Assembly: GCA_012295275.1 (NCBI GenBank)
Contig: CM022665.1
Location: 25,792,001-25,856,000 of the forward strand
Direction: 5' to 3'
DNA from: Chrysomallon squamiferum
Lineage: Eukaryota; Animalia; Mollusca
DNA: 64,000 nucleotides
In this document: positions 22,332-36,000 of the stretch, piece by piece
Numbering within the stretch: the first letter of the stretch is position 1
How the letters are laid out: every line of letters starts with the position of its first letter
The notes under the pieces: model-generated
What the model was told of the DNA's origin: nothing
The model's input: the letters and a program-made list of their open reading frames with translations, nothing else
The model's database searches: none
Translations under genes and position numbers: made by a program

Positions 22332-25300
22332 GAAACTTATTGAGAACTGCATATATTACCAGGTGGTGGACATGGTATTTGCAGTATAATTAATCAACAA
22401 TTATAGTCCCACAGCAAGTGTGATGTCTCATCTGCAGAAAACAGAGTGCCATTAAAATAATACTAATATTAAATGAAAATAATGATAATTAATGCTACAA
22501 CTAGCAAGCTAGATAATGAATTAAAAAATAAATAACAATAATCTTTGAAATAAAACAGGTAAAATCTGTTTGATGATATTTGTTTTGATAAATGTACACA
22601 ATGCATGCTTTTATAACAGTGGATGCATATATAAATATATTTCATGTAAATGCTAGCGATAAACTGACAGTGATGGCATGAAGTGTTAAAACAGCAACTC
22701 CTTTGAGCTGGTCACCAATATTTTTGCTTTGTTTTGTTATTTTTTTTCTCTCAAAATCTTCCCAGTTTCTGACAGGAAATCCTCATGCCACCACTGGAAA
22801 CCAATGGCAGTCTGTACTCTGCAATGGACATTCAGTTACCCCGACACACTACTGAACAAGTCAGCAAATACCAAGCACAACCTTGTGCACACACATCTTT
22901 GTTACAAAACAAGCTATCTGGGAAACAGAGTACATAATATAGAGAGCATCACCTGGAATAATAATATTAATATTAATAATATTAATTCTTTGAAAAAAAA
23001 AAGAAATTTAATAAAAAAATCTTTTTTTTTTCCTTTTATGCTATTATTTTCTTCACATTTTTGTGAATATTATGACATATTAGATCCTCAACCTGAACTA
23101 TACCACTGTTGTGTGCAGAATATGCAAAGTAATGACTAAAAAAACCCAAAGTGACCAACCTTACCACAGTACAACTGAGAACATATAAAATACACATAAC
23201 AATGGTTACAAACAGCAACTATTATATTGCTTTTTCCTTAAGTTCCAGACTTCAAACAAAATGTGCAGGTATATGAAAACTGTTTTTAAAGTAAAGCCAC
23301 ACAATTCTGCAACTACTGAATACATCAACCAACTCTCCATTTTATGTACTCTTTACTCTTGAGAGAGAGGTTTTGAGAAAGCCCACCACACAGCATACCA
23401 TAATCCTTCTAACTTATTTTTTCCCAATAATATCTTGATCTTTCTTTTTAAATATATATATATAAAATAATAATAATAATAATAATTATAATAATAAAAA
23501 GAAAAAGTGAAATAAAACGGAAAAAGTTAAAAACCAATACCAAAACTTAGGTATTCTTAGTTTGCAACAAAACCCTTGAACCATTAAACTGGACAATATC
23601 ACAAATAGAAAGGATGAAAAACAATATTTAAAAAAAAAAAAAAAAAAAATTAGAAGGATTACAGCATGCAAACATACTTTATTTTTTAAATATATTTTTA
23701 AATGTTGCCAACGTACACACGCATTGTTGGCACAATCGGTGTTTCACTTCACATACTGGAGATCCACACCATAAGGAAAGACATCGGGCTGTGACAAACA
23801 CCAGATCTCATGGGAAATGCGTGGCCTATCCAGGAATATATGAGTATAAAACAATCAAGGATCACATGCAGAACTGAAATCAACTGAACGGGCTGCTGAA
23901 ATGAACAGACAGATGGCAGATTTAATAAGAAAAGCAGAGAAAAGAAGAAGTGAAGGATAAAAGAGGCTCCTTAATGTCACATGCATGTACCTTTAATGAA
24001 TAATCACATCTTATTGCATATTTCACCTGTCCATCAAAAATCACAGTGTAACTGGAAGTAACAAACTAACAAAACTATAAGTGGGAAACACGACAATGCT
24101 GTATCTAAGATAATAAATAGTAACTAAGCAAATCCTATTGTTCCCACAGTTTCATGACTCATCTAATCTAGAAAGTCTTAGAATTTACATATTCAATAGA
24201 ATAATGAAACATCTAAAATGGTTAACACTCGGTACCATCTTCCAACATTTAACAGCACACAGATTGAACGGATCATGAGAGAAGAAGAGAAAAAAGCAAG
24301 ATTAAAGTGGAAAGTCGGAAAAGAAAAATGACACAAAAAAACAGAATAAAAAGCGAAAGGGTGGAAAAAAAAACACAAAAAAAACAAACAAGGAAAAAGG
24401 CAAAGGAAAGAAATACCCGTTCAATTTTTTTTTATTTTTTTTTTTTAAACAATTGTTTGTTTTCTGTTGTTGTTTTTTTTTTTGTTTTTTTTTTTAAAAC
24501 GCACACTTCCCTGGTTACAATGCACACAAATGATTTCATGCTAGATTAAGAAGACAAATGACTACAATCTGGGTCCAGTTGCATGGTTCAAAATAAATAT
24601 AACTCCTCAATAATTACACTTAACATAGTGATTAGATCATGTATATATGAAACGTGGTTAACAACTTTGAGTTAAATAATAACAATCAATTCAACTAATA
24701 AAACAACTTTTTACATAATACAATATTCCATTTAGTTACACATGAATATGATACAATTTCTGTTGCATGATAAATGTGACTAATATATATACTATATAAA
24801 TCCTTTCATTCTATGAAAGTCTTTGAGGTTTTGAAAGTGGAGAATATGTAATAAATCTGTAAGGAGTGCACTAATGTCACGAAAAAAAAAACGAAAATAA
24901 AAACGAAAAAAAAAACACCCAACAATAACTTGATGACTGATCTCCAAGTACAAAATAGTCCTGAACAATGGTCTACAAATGTCTAAGTAGCCATTTTGGT
25001 TTTATTGAAAGACCTCGAGGAGGATGCGGCAAGTTTGCATCAGACGGTAAAAATAATATGCAATGTTGGAAAAGTCTTGTTGTTGAAACTATGAAGAAGA
25101 AAATTTTTTTTAAAAATTAAAAAAAACATCGAACGAATCTGTTGTGAAAATGTGTGAGATCAGAGTGATGTATATATACAGAAGTTCCTAATGGTTGTTG
25201 TCTGTTTCTTTCTTTCTTTTTTTTCTATTACAGTCCAAAATGATGTGTTGGTTTACAGCAGAGTTATCTGGGATGAACATGCAATGCAAATGTACATGTA

Positions 25301-25457
25301 GGAAAAAAAAAAGTCACATAATGCACAAAAAAAAGAAAAAAGAGAAGAATCACTGTAAAGGCGATTATGCCACCAATAGGGATAAAACGAAAGAGGCCTT
25401 AAATAAGTTTTTTTTCTTCTTTCTCTTATGATGCTAGGTCATGATACACAGTATCTC

Positions 25458-26614
25458 CTAATGACCTGAAGCTTGACGGGCACGTTTGTACTCCTCCTGC
25501 TGAATGCGTTGTTGAATCATGTACTGTGCTTTAGTTATGTTAGATGGTGTTCCAGTGATAGATACTATGCGGTTTCGGGTTCCTGGGGTGTATACACCTT
25601 TTTTCGAGATTTGAATATTGGTACCAGTATACTGCTGTATTTCCACAATGCCCTTTCCACCAGGGCCCAGTATAGCTCCAACGATACTCTCTGCTACTTC
25701 CAGATCCTGTTTTGTAGTTCCAGATGTCTTGTCTTCTGTAGGGCTATACATTCCTGTACCAAGACCAAATGAATTTTGGTTAACACTGATATTTGGAGAC
25801 CTATCACCAGCAGGGAAACCTTGGGCAGTGCTGGGGTAAGTGATAGCACTAGAGAAGGAATCATTTAACATGGGACTACTTCCGTATCTTTCCTGTTGTA
25901 CACTAGGGGAAGAGCTTCCAAACAGACTAGAGTTGGCACCTGTAGAACCAGAGCTACCAAGTCCGGATGAACCACTGCCAACAGGACCAAACAAACTCGT
26001 GGCACTAGCTGAATTATTGCTAGTGTTGAGGTATGGACTGGCTTGGGAAACATTTCCCGAAGCTGACGATGTGCTTGTCATCAGTGGTGTTGATCCTATG
26101 GCTGGGGTACCCAGATTCAGATTACCTATACCAGTGTTGCCACTGATATTCTGTGGTACATTCCCAAGATTATTGACACCAAGACCTAATCCCATTCCAA
26201 GTATTCCATAGTTAGCTAATGTATTCATAGCCTGACTTATTTCCTCAGTTGCCTGGTCTGTAAATCCACTACCTCTTAAAGTCACTTTCAAGTTGTCGAT
26301 GTTGGCGCCTGACATTGCACCCGGTGCTCCTGCATTGAAATTCATTCCAGTTGCTAAGTTGGTGTTTAATGTATTTCCATTAAATCCGAAACCGAAACCT
26401 CCACCACCAGCAAAATTATTGTTGCCAATCGCCATTTCTTGACTGCGATTCTGAATAAAAGTGCTGTTAGCGAAAGGTGAACCTGTGGGATTGGCACTGG
26501 CTACAGGACCCGTATAATCTGCATAGCTGATATTTGGACAACTTCCACTCTGTGGATCTTCAACAATCTTCTGAAGTATCATATCTATAGCCTTTGTGTT
26601 GGAATCAAAATCAC
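25458..26614 (-). CDS. Nova: Nova coding exon 5 (last helix of KH2, low-complexity linker, KH3, stop)
   Basis: ttttgcag acceptor, 1157 nt in phase 1 ending RQASGH*. Confidence 0.96.
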
Positions 26615-29600
26615 CTGCAAAATACAGAAGTTACAAAGCACACCATTAACAGATTTTTATATTAAAAATTACAGGTTTCCAAACACTGTTTTCAGTTCTT
26701 GCAAAAAGAACCAGCAAATAAATAATACTAATCTATTTTAATACTTTTTTTTTTTTTTTAGCTCATATTGGCCCGTATTTTTCAATATCCATTAAATAAT
26801 TAGTATTAACTAAATACTCAAATTTCCAAAAAAAATCATTTATATAACCTTATTGACTGCAATTTCTGTTTTTACTACTGATTTTTAAGTCCTTCAATTT
26901 TTAAAAATATTCATGCCCAGCTTTAATGGAATATGACTATATCATAAAGAACTGTTTTTCTTATGTTATTCATTAAAAAAAATAATAATAATAGGAACTT
27001 TAAATACAAGTGTAACTGACATGCTACTTTCCACAACCACCCTTGATGAATGAAATGATAACCCTTTTATGAATATCTGACCAGATGGAATGATGATATC
27101 AATCCAGATAATATGATAATGGTGATATGAAATGAAATAAAGTGAAAATGAACGAGATGATATGGGAAAGTTTAATTTATATAATCAGAGACCTGGACAA
27201 ATAGTTAACTTATGAAAATGTGATCTATTTTAACAGTTCTGAATTGTGTTTTAATGATAACTATAATGATTACTTATTATCTCCCTTGATAATAAACATT
27301 CTGCAATATTAGGATCAAAGAAATATATAATTTCGAGACTCCAAAAAAATAAAATGCATTTTTAAAAATATACAGCTAATTCACAAGAATAATTAACAAA
27401 ATTTACTTCATAATTAGTCACCTTTACAACTAAAGATCTTGTAAAAAATGCAATTAAAACATGAATTACAGTGATTAAAACTGGTCTAGAATTTTGTAAT
27501 TAAAATGCCAAAATCATTATCTGCTCAAAGTAATTTTAAATCAAAATATTTTAAATTAATTTTAAATTAAATTTTTACGTACCTTGAGGGTAAACAATAT
27601 GTCTTAGTGAAATGAGAATGAAAATGACATGATACCTGTGATCTCACCTGCTACAGTCACACATCTCTCAGGTAAATTGGTTTCTTTTGACTTTTGTGAA
27701 ATCTGTACATACGCTCCACTTTCTTCTTTTATTTGTTTGATGAAGTTTCCGGCTTTTCCTATGATCATCCCAGCTGTACTGTTTGGTACAAGGATTTTTA
27801 CCTGCAAGAACAAATCATATTTTTTTAAGAAAATAAAAATATTTGAGATGATAATAATTACAATTAATTTTATTTTTTTATTTTTTTTATTTTTAATAAA
27901 TGGTATATCAAATATCTTAATTGAAGTTTAGAAATCATGTTATAGACAGACATCCAAATGAAATTAAAAAATTGCTTACGACCAATACTGTTTTCTTTAG
28001 AAACTATAAACTGCTACAGAAATACACTGCAAGTAAGGTTGGGCATTTTAAACTTGACATGAGATGATTATGTTATCTAATTATGGTCTGCAAAGAAGTA
28101 TTAAACTTAAAGCATATGAAATATTCAGCAGCAGCCAGCTCAAAATTTTGAAATGTGTATTAAATTCTATCTAAACATACCTGCCGATGCCGTTCAAATG
28201 TTGACTTTGTTTCATCCATTTTGGGATTAGGGTCAGGTTTTTCTCTAATTTTTTCCATGACAAAATTATGAACTTGGCGAACTGCTTCGACGGGACCCAT
28301 AATGAGACAGACGCGTTCAGTTGTTCCTGAAAAATAATTAAATAAAAAGACGTAACATTATTCTTACAGTTGGCACTGACTGGAAATAATGTAGCAACAA
28401 CAACAACAAAAAACACTGTTGCATCAAAAATGTCTTTTTGTTAAGTACTGCAGTTTATTACTTCTGACATTTTATCTGCATTCCTACAGACGGAAAGAGA
28501 TTCTCAAAGACTGACCCCCCCAAAAAAACAAATGTAATATAAATACTTGTAACACAAAGGCATTAATCAAATCTGAGGTAAAATGGATAAATAATGAATA
28601 AAACTGTTTCTCTAAACTTAGTATGTAATTAATATTTTTAAACTCATTTTAATTTCTTAAATATATTTTAAAAATTTAAATTTTGTTAAGATTTACAACT
28701 GAAAAATATACTCTTGAAAAACAGAACAAAATATATCCTGCAAGATTTGATACATTATATAGTGCTGCATACTCCTTTTTTTAACCTGTTATTAAATACT
28801 GTGTTTTTGTTTTTTATGCAGCCAAATTGTCATTGTATTTAGTCTACATTTGTTACTGATAAATATATTAACAATTTCATTATGTGTAAAAGTAATATTT
28901 GTTTATCATTTTATGTATCTGCATGTTATCTTTTTCAGCCATGTTAATTATTTTAAGTCAACCAGTGTATAATACAGTTGAAAACTAATTTGTTTTTATA
29001 TATATCTGGCTTATAATTAATAGAAAACAGTTTGCTTCTATTATACTTTCTTATATACTGACAGATGACCACTTAAATGCTTATGTTACCATAAAACTGG
29101 AAACATTTATTTGGATTAGATGAAAATACTTTGTACCAAAATAAAAACTCCCATGTCATATACTACTTTATAGACTTTTCTGCTGTTACCAATAAATAGA
29201 ATATATTGATTAATAATGACAAAATAATTAATATGAATTTTAAAATGTCATTTTATGGGAAGTAGCATCTTGCAGCTATTTTCATCATCTACAGATTCGG
29301 TTCATTTTATGGAAATCAATGCTGATTTATTTTCACACTATTTTACTAGCTGCATAAACATTACTGAAATTACTAATTGTATAATCTCTGTCATTGAAAT
29401 GAATTAATTCACAGGCTAATTAAGCCTAGCAAGTCTTTTACACTTTCTTTATTTCACTTTTGTACTAATAAAAGCAAACTTTTTTGCTGAATATTCTTAA
29501 ACCAACAATAATACTAACCCAATCCCAGTAAAATATTAAGATTTAGCATAATGTTTTATTTGTTTTCCTGTTGTTGTTTTTATTTTAGTGAAATAAATAC

Positions 29601-32600
29601 TTGATCATTTTTAAAACATACATGTGTATGTTAATGAAACAGTATTAGTCACCCAAAATTACCTGGATAAAAATCATTTGCTTTTGACATCTTAACTCGG
29701 GCGCCTGCATCTTTCTGAACTTGTGCAATGGTTTCCCCACCTTTTCCAATAATGGCACCGGCAGCTATACTGGGCACAAGAATTTTTAAGTGAATGTTTT
29801 CACCTGAAAGTATAAATATATATATGTAGTTATAATCAAAGATCAGGTAATGTACCTTACATATTTTTATTTTTTATATATAAACCTTTGCATAATTATT
29901 ACAAACACACAAACTGCTGCAAGGAATAGTTTATTTCACTCATATAGGTATTAAGTACTAGACATCAGCATGCATATTGTGTACACCATTAAGGACATTG
30001 ATCAGAATGGAAAGTCCACAGCTAAATTATCTGCCCATAATACATACTGGCTATGTAGATAAAATAATTAAAGTTGTATTATGCAGATAAATTCACCCAA
30101 GTCCATTGTCTCCTTCAATATGAATGATCATCTGCCAACTTACTAACCTCTGCTATGTTCCATGCTTTATGTGCCAACTATCTAGCAACATCTGCATTTT
30201 CTAATGATTTCATCCATATGGCAACATTGTCAATACAAACTAGAAAAAATCTTTGCTTCTGGATACTTCTCTGCCTCTAAGCAGAGGAGGAAGTGTGTAT
30301 CTACACTACAAAATGTCATTGAAAGGTCAAGAGTTTTCTGTTAAATACACACAACAGATCTACACGCATCTACGCACAAACACAGGTTCATATATAAACA
30401 TGTTCACTCACATAATACATATATTCATAACATACAAATATAGAAGTCAAAACGTACAAATTGTGTATTACTTCTGTGGAAATTACCAAGTGTCATCATA
30501 TATTCATTGATTTATGCTTTAGGCCATTTTCAGAATATCAGATAGAAAGTTTATAGTGGGAGTCACTTTCTCCACGCACCCTAATTTCCATCACTCAAAA
30601 ATAATTAAATGCATTAAAGAAGACCACAAACTATGATAAATCAACCTCTGACTGGTATATTAGAATCAACGCTGTGTACGTTGCAACTAATAATTAATTA
30701 TATGTACACGTGTAACTATATACTGAAGTTGACAATAGATTGTGTTTGTGTTCCCTTGGGCAACAATATTTTTAAGAATAAATGAACCTAATGAAGGGTA
30801 AATGTACGTAACAATACTTAAGCACTGTTGTGGAATAGCTTCCCTGCTACTTTCAGACTATTTGGTAACCATAATAAAAACACTTCAAAAAGGATATCTG
30901 TAACCACAAAGCCCATTGTTTGTTCTCTCAAACAAAATGTTTTAATTTCCTTTTATTTCCACACATACATTTCCTCACATATTTTTTTTTTTTTCCCCAT
31001 GTTCTTTTTAAAATTATGTCATTTTTTCCCTGCCTAATGTGTTAAGGTTAACACTACAAAAACAAAACATTGATTTTTAAAAAAATTATATGACAATAAC
31101 AGGACCAGAGGGCAGAAAGAGTGAAGGTGATGTAAGGTCAATGTTTCTGAGACCAATTGGAATGTTTGACTAGTTACAATTTGCAAAGTGTTACTCACCA
31201 TTAACAAACATATCATTGTTTTCATTTAACCTTTATTATTACAGAAAATACCCTGCATTATAGAAGATAAAAGATGGAACAGACAGTGAGGTCAACTGAC
31301 CCAGGCCTTTGAATGTTGCTGGTCTATAGCAAACATGTACATTCTGTAACAGCTGGCAAACAGTCTAATGTAATATTTATTGTACATACATACATACATA
31401 CGTACATACACACATATATATTTAATAGCAACATGATGCATAACCGTCTTACACCACAAAAGAGAATATTACCTGGAACGAAAATTAAAAAAGGTCTCAC
31501 TGTCTTACCTGGAAATGTTAAAGGAAACATATATACATCTGCAAATACATGTACAAGTGGGCTGTAGCAGTCTGGAGGTGTAAATGCATATGCAGATGTT
31601 GGTCCACTTCAGAGAGTGGCACTGTGCCAGATGTACATAATTACTGCTGTCAGACCCACACCAACAAGGCACACTGGGCCACAAGTTTATGTAAAATGTA
31701 CATCAATCAATGGAATAACAACACGATCAATAACGTCAAACCCAAACAATATGCTCTTTCTATCTTGTTCAACTATCAGAAATCAAACTTTTTATATTTT
31801 TTTATATGGTATACATACAAGACACATACACAAAATATTTATCAGAATAAATACATCATAAAGTAATATTTGCTATTATCTCTTCTCAAAGGACTTGGAT
31901 ATATTGTCTGGTTTCTTGTTTCTGTATCCTATGTGGTATTTTTAAGTTTTTTTTCTGTGAAGTCATACAAGTATGCAAGCAAGTGCATTCACGGAATGTG
32001 CATATGACTATCAAAGTGCATGCAGCATGTGTACGAGTGCTGTTTTTCGCCAAAGACAGTAAACCATCATCAAAATTAACAGAATGATTATCATGGCTTT
32101 TTGAAATATTCAGCTTGCAAACATTGTCTGATGCAAGAGATTGTAGATCATGTTCAATACATTATGTTTCTACCATAAGGTTACAATTATCTAAAAACAG
32201 GATATTTACAGATCTGATAAAAGCAATGAAGTATAAAGTTATTTTATTTACACAAAACCCACGATCTTTTGTTGTAGTGTGGAACAATGGAAATTTAAAT
32301 TATACTAACTTAGAAAATTACTTTAAAAAAAAAAAAAAAAAAAGTGATTTTAAACATGAAAATTTATACCTTTCTGATGTTTGCATCAAACAAATGTCAA
32401 AATGCAAAGCATTAAGTGCTGTTTTATCACATTAAATGACACTTAACATGCACCTCAGCCTTAGAGCTCCAAGTAAGATCTAGTTGATTCCCCTCTTTTT
32501 TAAAAATTACTTAGGTGTGTTATTAATAACTTCTGTTATTTCTTAGGAAGAGCATGTATGAGATGAGCCCTTAGAACATCCTTAGTACATTTTCTGATTT

Positions 32601-33002
32601 TATTGTTTAATTATTTGAATTTATAAAATGAAAAAGTTGACTAATTTCTTCTTATTGGCAAGAAGTTCTGTTTGTGAAGTGGGAAATGTCTGTCCATTCC
32701 TTTGTTTTTTCTCAGTTTTTTAAGCAAGTTTTCAAATACCTAAATCTAAGAAATGGAATATTCATGTCACTTATTCATGATAATCTATACTTGGTCTTGA
32801 CAATTGGAAAAAATACCATTTTTAATGAGAACTCAAAAATGGTAACTATCAATACCCATGTAATTAACATCGACTAATAAATGTTCCATCTGCCATACCT
32901 ATATCTTAATCTACAAAAATTCAAATTTAGGTTTTTGCTATTTCAGTACAATTCTCTTAAAACACTAAGGCATTATTGCATTAAAAAAAAAAAAAAAAAA
33001 AA

Positions 33003-33040
<38 letters not shown>

Positions 33041-36000
33041 ATTTTTAAAACCAAAAAGAAAAAAGAAAAAGTGAAAATAAGAAAATTTCTCTGGTCTTGC
33101 TTTCCTGACTAATCTGATTTTAGCTCAGCATCTCTAGCTACAGATTTAAAAAAGGTCAGCATTTCTGGTTATAATGCATCTCCATCGGTTATGTTTCTAC
33201 AATTAGAGCTCACATGTTTTAAAGAAATATTTAATAAGAAAAATTTGAAAAGTTACACATTTCACCTTACAAGAAAGATTTTTTCCCCATTTATTAACTT
33301 GCATAACCTGTTGCAACAAAGTGTTCTGTTTATTTGAAGGTTGAAATTCCAAAGGCATCTAGCATCTGTGTTAAGATAATTTTTATTTTTAGTTGTTTGA
33401 AGAAATTTCTCATATTATAAAGGCTTGAACTTGTTTTCAATAATACTACGCAATAGATAATGTGTGCATATCTAACATTAACTTTTTCTGTGTTCCTTGT
33501 TTCAGGTTTCAGGATGATAAAGGATGTTCATAATTTTCAGTATCAAGTACACAAGTGAAGATTCAGTTTCTGTATACCTGTTTTATAAATACACTATTTG
33601 TAATGAATGCAGTTTTTTGCAGCAGTCAGAGAAAAAACTGGTACATCAAGGGCATTCATTTTGTGCTGAAAAAGAGGCTATCATTGCTTCACCTTAATGT
33701 CTTGATCATTTCTATATTACATTTATTTATAAAATAAGTTTTAGTTATCATTTCATGTATCAGAACACAAAAACATTTTAATATATGATAAAATCTGAAG
33801 ATAATGGTACAGAAAGTGATGCAACCAAATGGAATTTGAGCCGACTCATTTATGCACATTTTCTGAATAAATGAAATGAACGCTCATCTTTTTTATGGCT
33901 TAATTCAGATGTACTAACTGAAACTGTATGCGAGCAGCAGTCAAAACCAGATATACTTTCTTTCAGATTTAGTGAATGATGAATAAACAAATTAAGATCA
34001 ACTATTTGTTTTAATTTTACAGATTTTATACAACACACTTAACATTTGAATTCTTATGTATTATTCAGATGTTTTAAAATTAATTAATACAATTGTTAGC
34101 TTATCAGTCTTCATTTCATTTATGTAGTATGCATATCTAGTGCACACACATATACAAAATCTTAAATGGTAGTTATTTGAAAGTCTATTCAGGGCAAATA
34201 TTATAATGACTAGGCAAATCCCATTTCTGTTTGGCTATAATGGATAGAATATGCTGAAAGGACTTTTTTTTTTTTTAAATCTACCTCGTGGAAAAATCTT
34301 ACCAATTAATTAAATATTTATATATTTTATTGTTATTTTTATTTTATTAATACAATTAATCATGCTTTTAATAGATAAAGCTTTCAACTGACCTGATTCC
34401 ATTAATTGTGATATGCATTATTTTTCAATTAATTTTATTAATTTCTATTTCTTTAATTTTTAACTGCAGCCAACTGGCAATTCACTTTCCTGTGAAAAAT
34501 GTTTTACAATAAAACACAAGCTGTTTCTTGAAATCAGCTTTAAGACTGATTATTACAACTGTAAGGACTTCTTTCTAACACAAAATTTAGCAATGATAAA
34601 AAAAAAAAAAAAAAAAACAACTAGTAATTACTTTGCCCTTTTGATAATGTTTAAACATGATGAACATTTCATAATATAAAGTTATTTAATTATCCTTGGT
34701 TAAATATTTAGGTTACATGAACATGGATGTGGAAATAAATGTTCAGTTTTATTTGTTAAAGGTGATTTGGTGCTGGACTTTAATGAAAAGGTTAATAAGC
34801 TAATACAAGCCTAGCTTAAACATGGAAATATAAAGTCCTAGGTTTAGAGAAATGGCTTATTATGGCTACATCTATTAGAATTTGAAACTGGTTCAACAAA
34901 TAACAAGGCAATAAATATTGTATTTAGCTATCAATGACAAAAGGTCAAATACTTTTAAAGTGTTATAAAATGCATATTGTATTTCTGTGACTAGTAGCAA
35001 AGTGACAACATTTCATACAACATTTAATCCTTTTTTATTAATGTAGATCTGTGTACAGTTCCAATTAAGACACGCTATCCAAGGCACTCCAGTTGGAAAG
35101 AAAAATTCAGCAACACAGACGTAGAGGAAGGTGGGATATAGAATTTTATTTTTTTATTTTATTATTATTATTTTTGTTAATGTCTTATCCTCATTTAAGA
35201 TTCAACTAAACATACTTACCTGTCCATTAATGGCAAATGTGAGATATAACAAGTAACTGTGTGAGTATCATGCTAAAGACCAGTGCTATGTAGGTTCTTT
35301 CAAATGTATTCTACTGCAGAAATTTATCTGACAATAACACTCCTATTGATTATAGCATTACACACTAAACTGACAGATTGTTAGAATTCTTTCTTACTGG
35401 TAACACAGGAAGAAAAGCTCTGTCAGTGATTATGAAATTTTGCTTGACAAACATTTTTTTTTAACAATCGTTCAAAGGTATTCTGTTGCCCATAAATGTC
35501 ATTTTCAATTTAAAAAGAAAAAAGTTTGTATTTTATTAGAAAACTGAATGCAGCTTGAATTGTACAAACATAAGAAGATTCTTTGATGATAAACAAACTT
35601 GTAATGTTGTTTAATGAAGCCATTTTGCAAATAAATAAAAGTTTATCCGATGCTTTTTTTTACCAGTATGAACCGATATTGAAAATGTGTGCCCTTTAAT
35701 TTTGCTTTATGATAATAATAAAGGTTTTTCTGTTTGTTTTGAAAGGTTATTTCTCGTTCTTCAGTGTATTAACAAAACAAAATTCTGAATTTCTCTAAAT
35801 ATGTTTGTCAGACAAACGTAACAGAAACCTAAGATCTCAAACATTTACATCAAGAAAAAGAAAAAAAATCTATTGCGTAGTTTCACAATGTGTCTACTGC
35901 ACACTGTTCAGTACTTTTCAGGCACAACAAACAGGTGGTGAGACTAAGTACAAATACATTGGTTTTACTAGAAAGACTTGCTATCAATGCAAACTATTTC

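Noticed and set aside
25473-26211. Several plus-strand ORFs opposite Nova exon 5
   Set aside because: Antisense shadows of a real coding exon.
27700-27760. Site homologous to the human-specific NOVA1 I197V change
   Set aside because: It carries the ancestral Ile (IKQIKEESG), as expected for a non-human animal.
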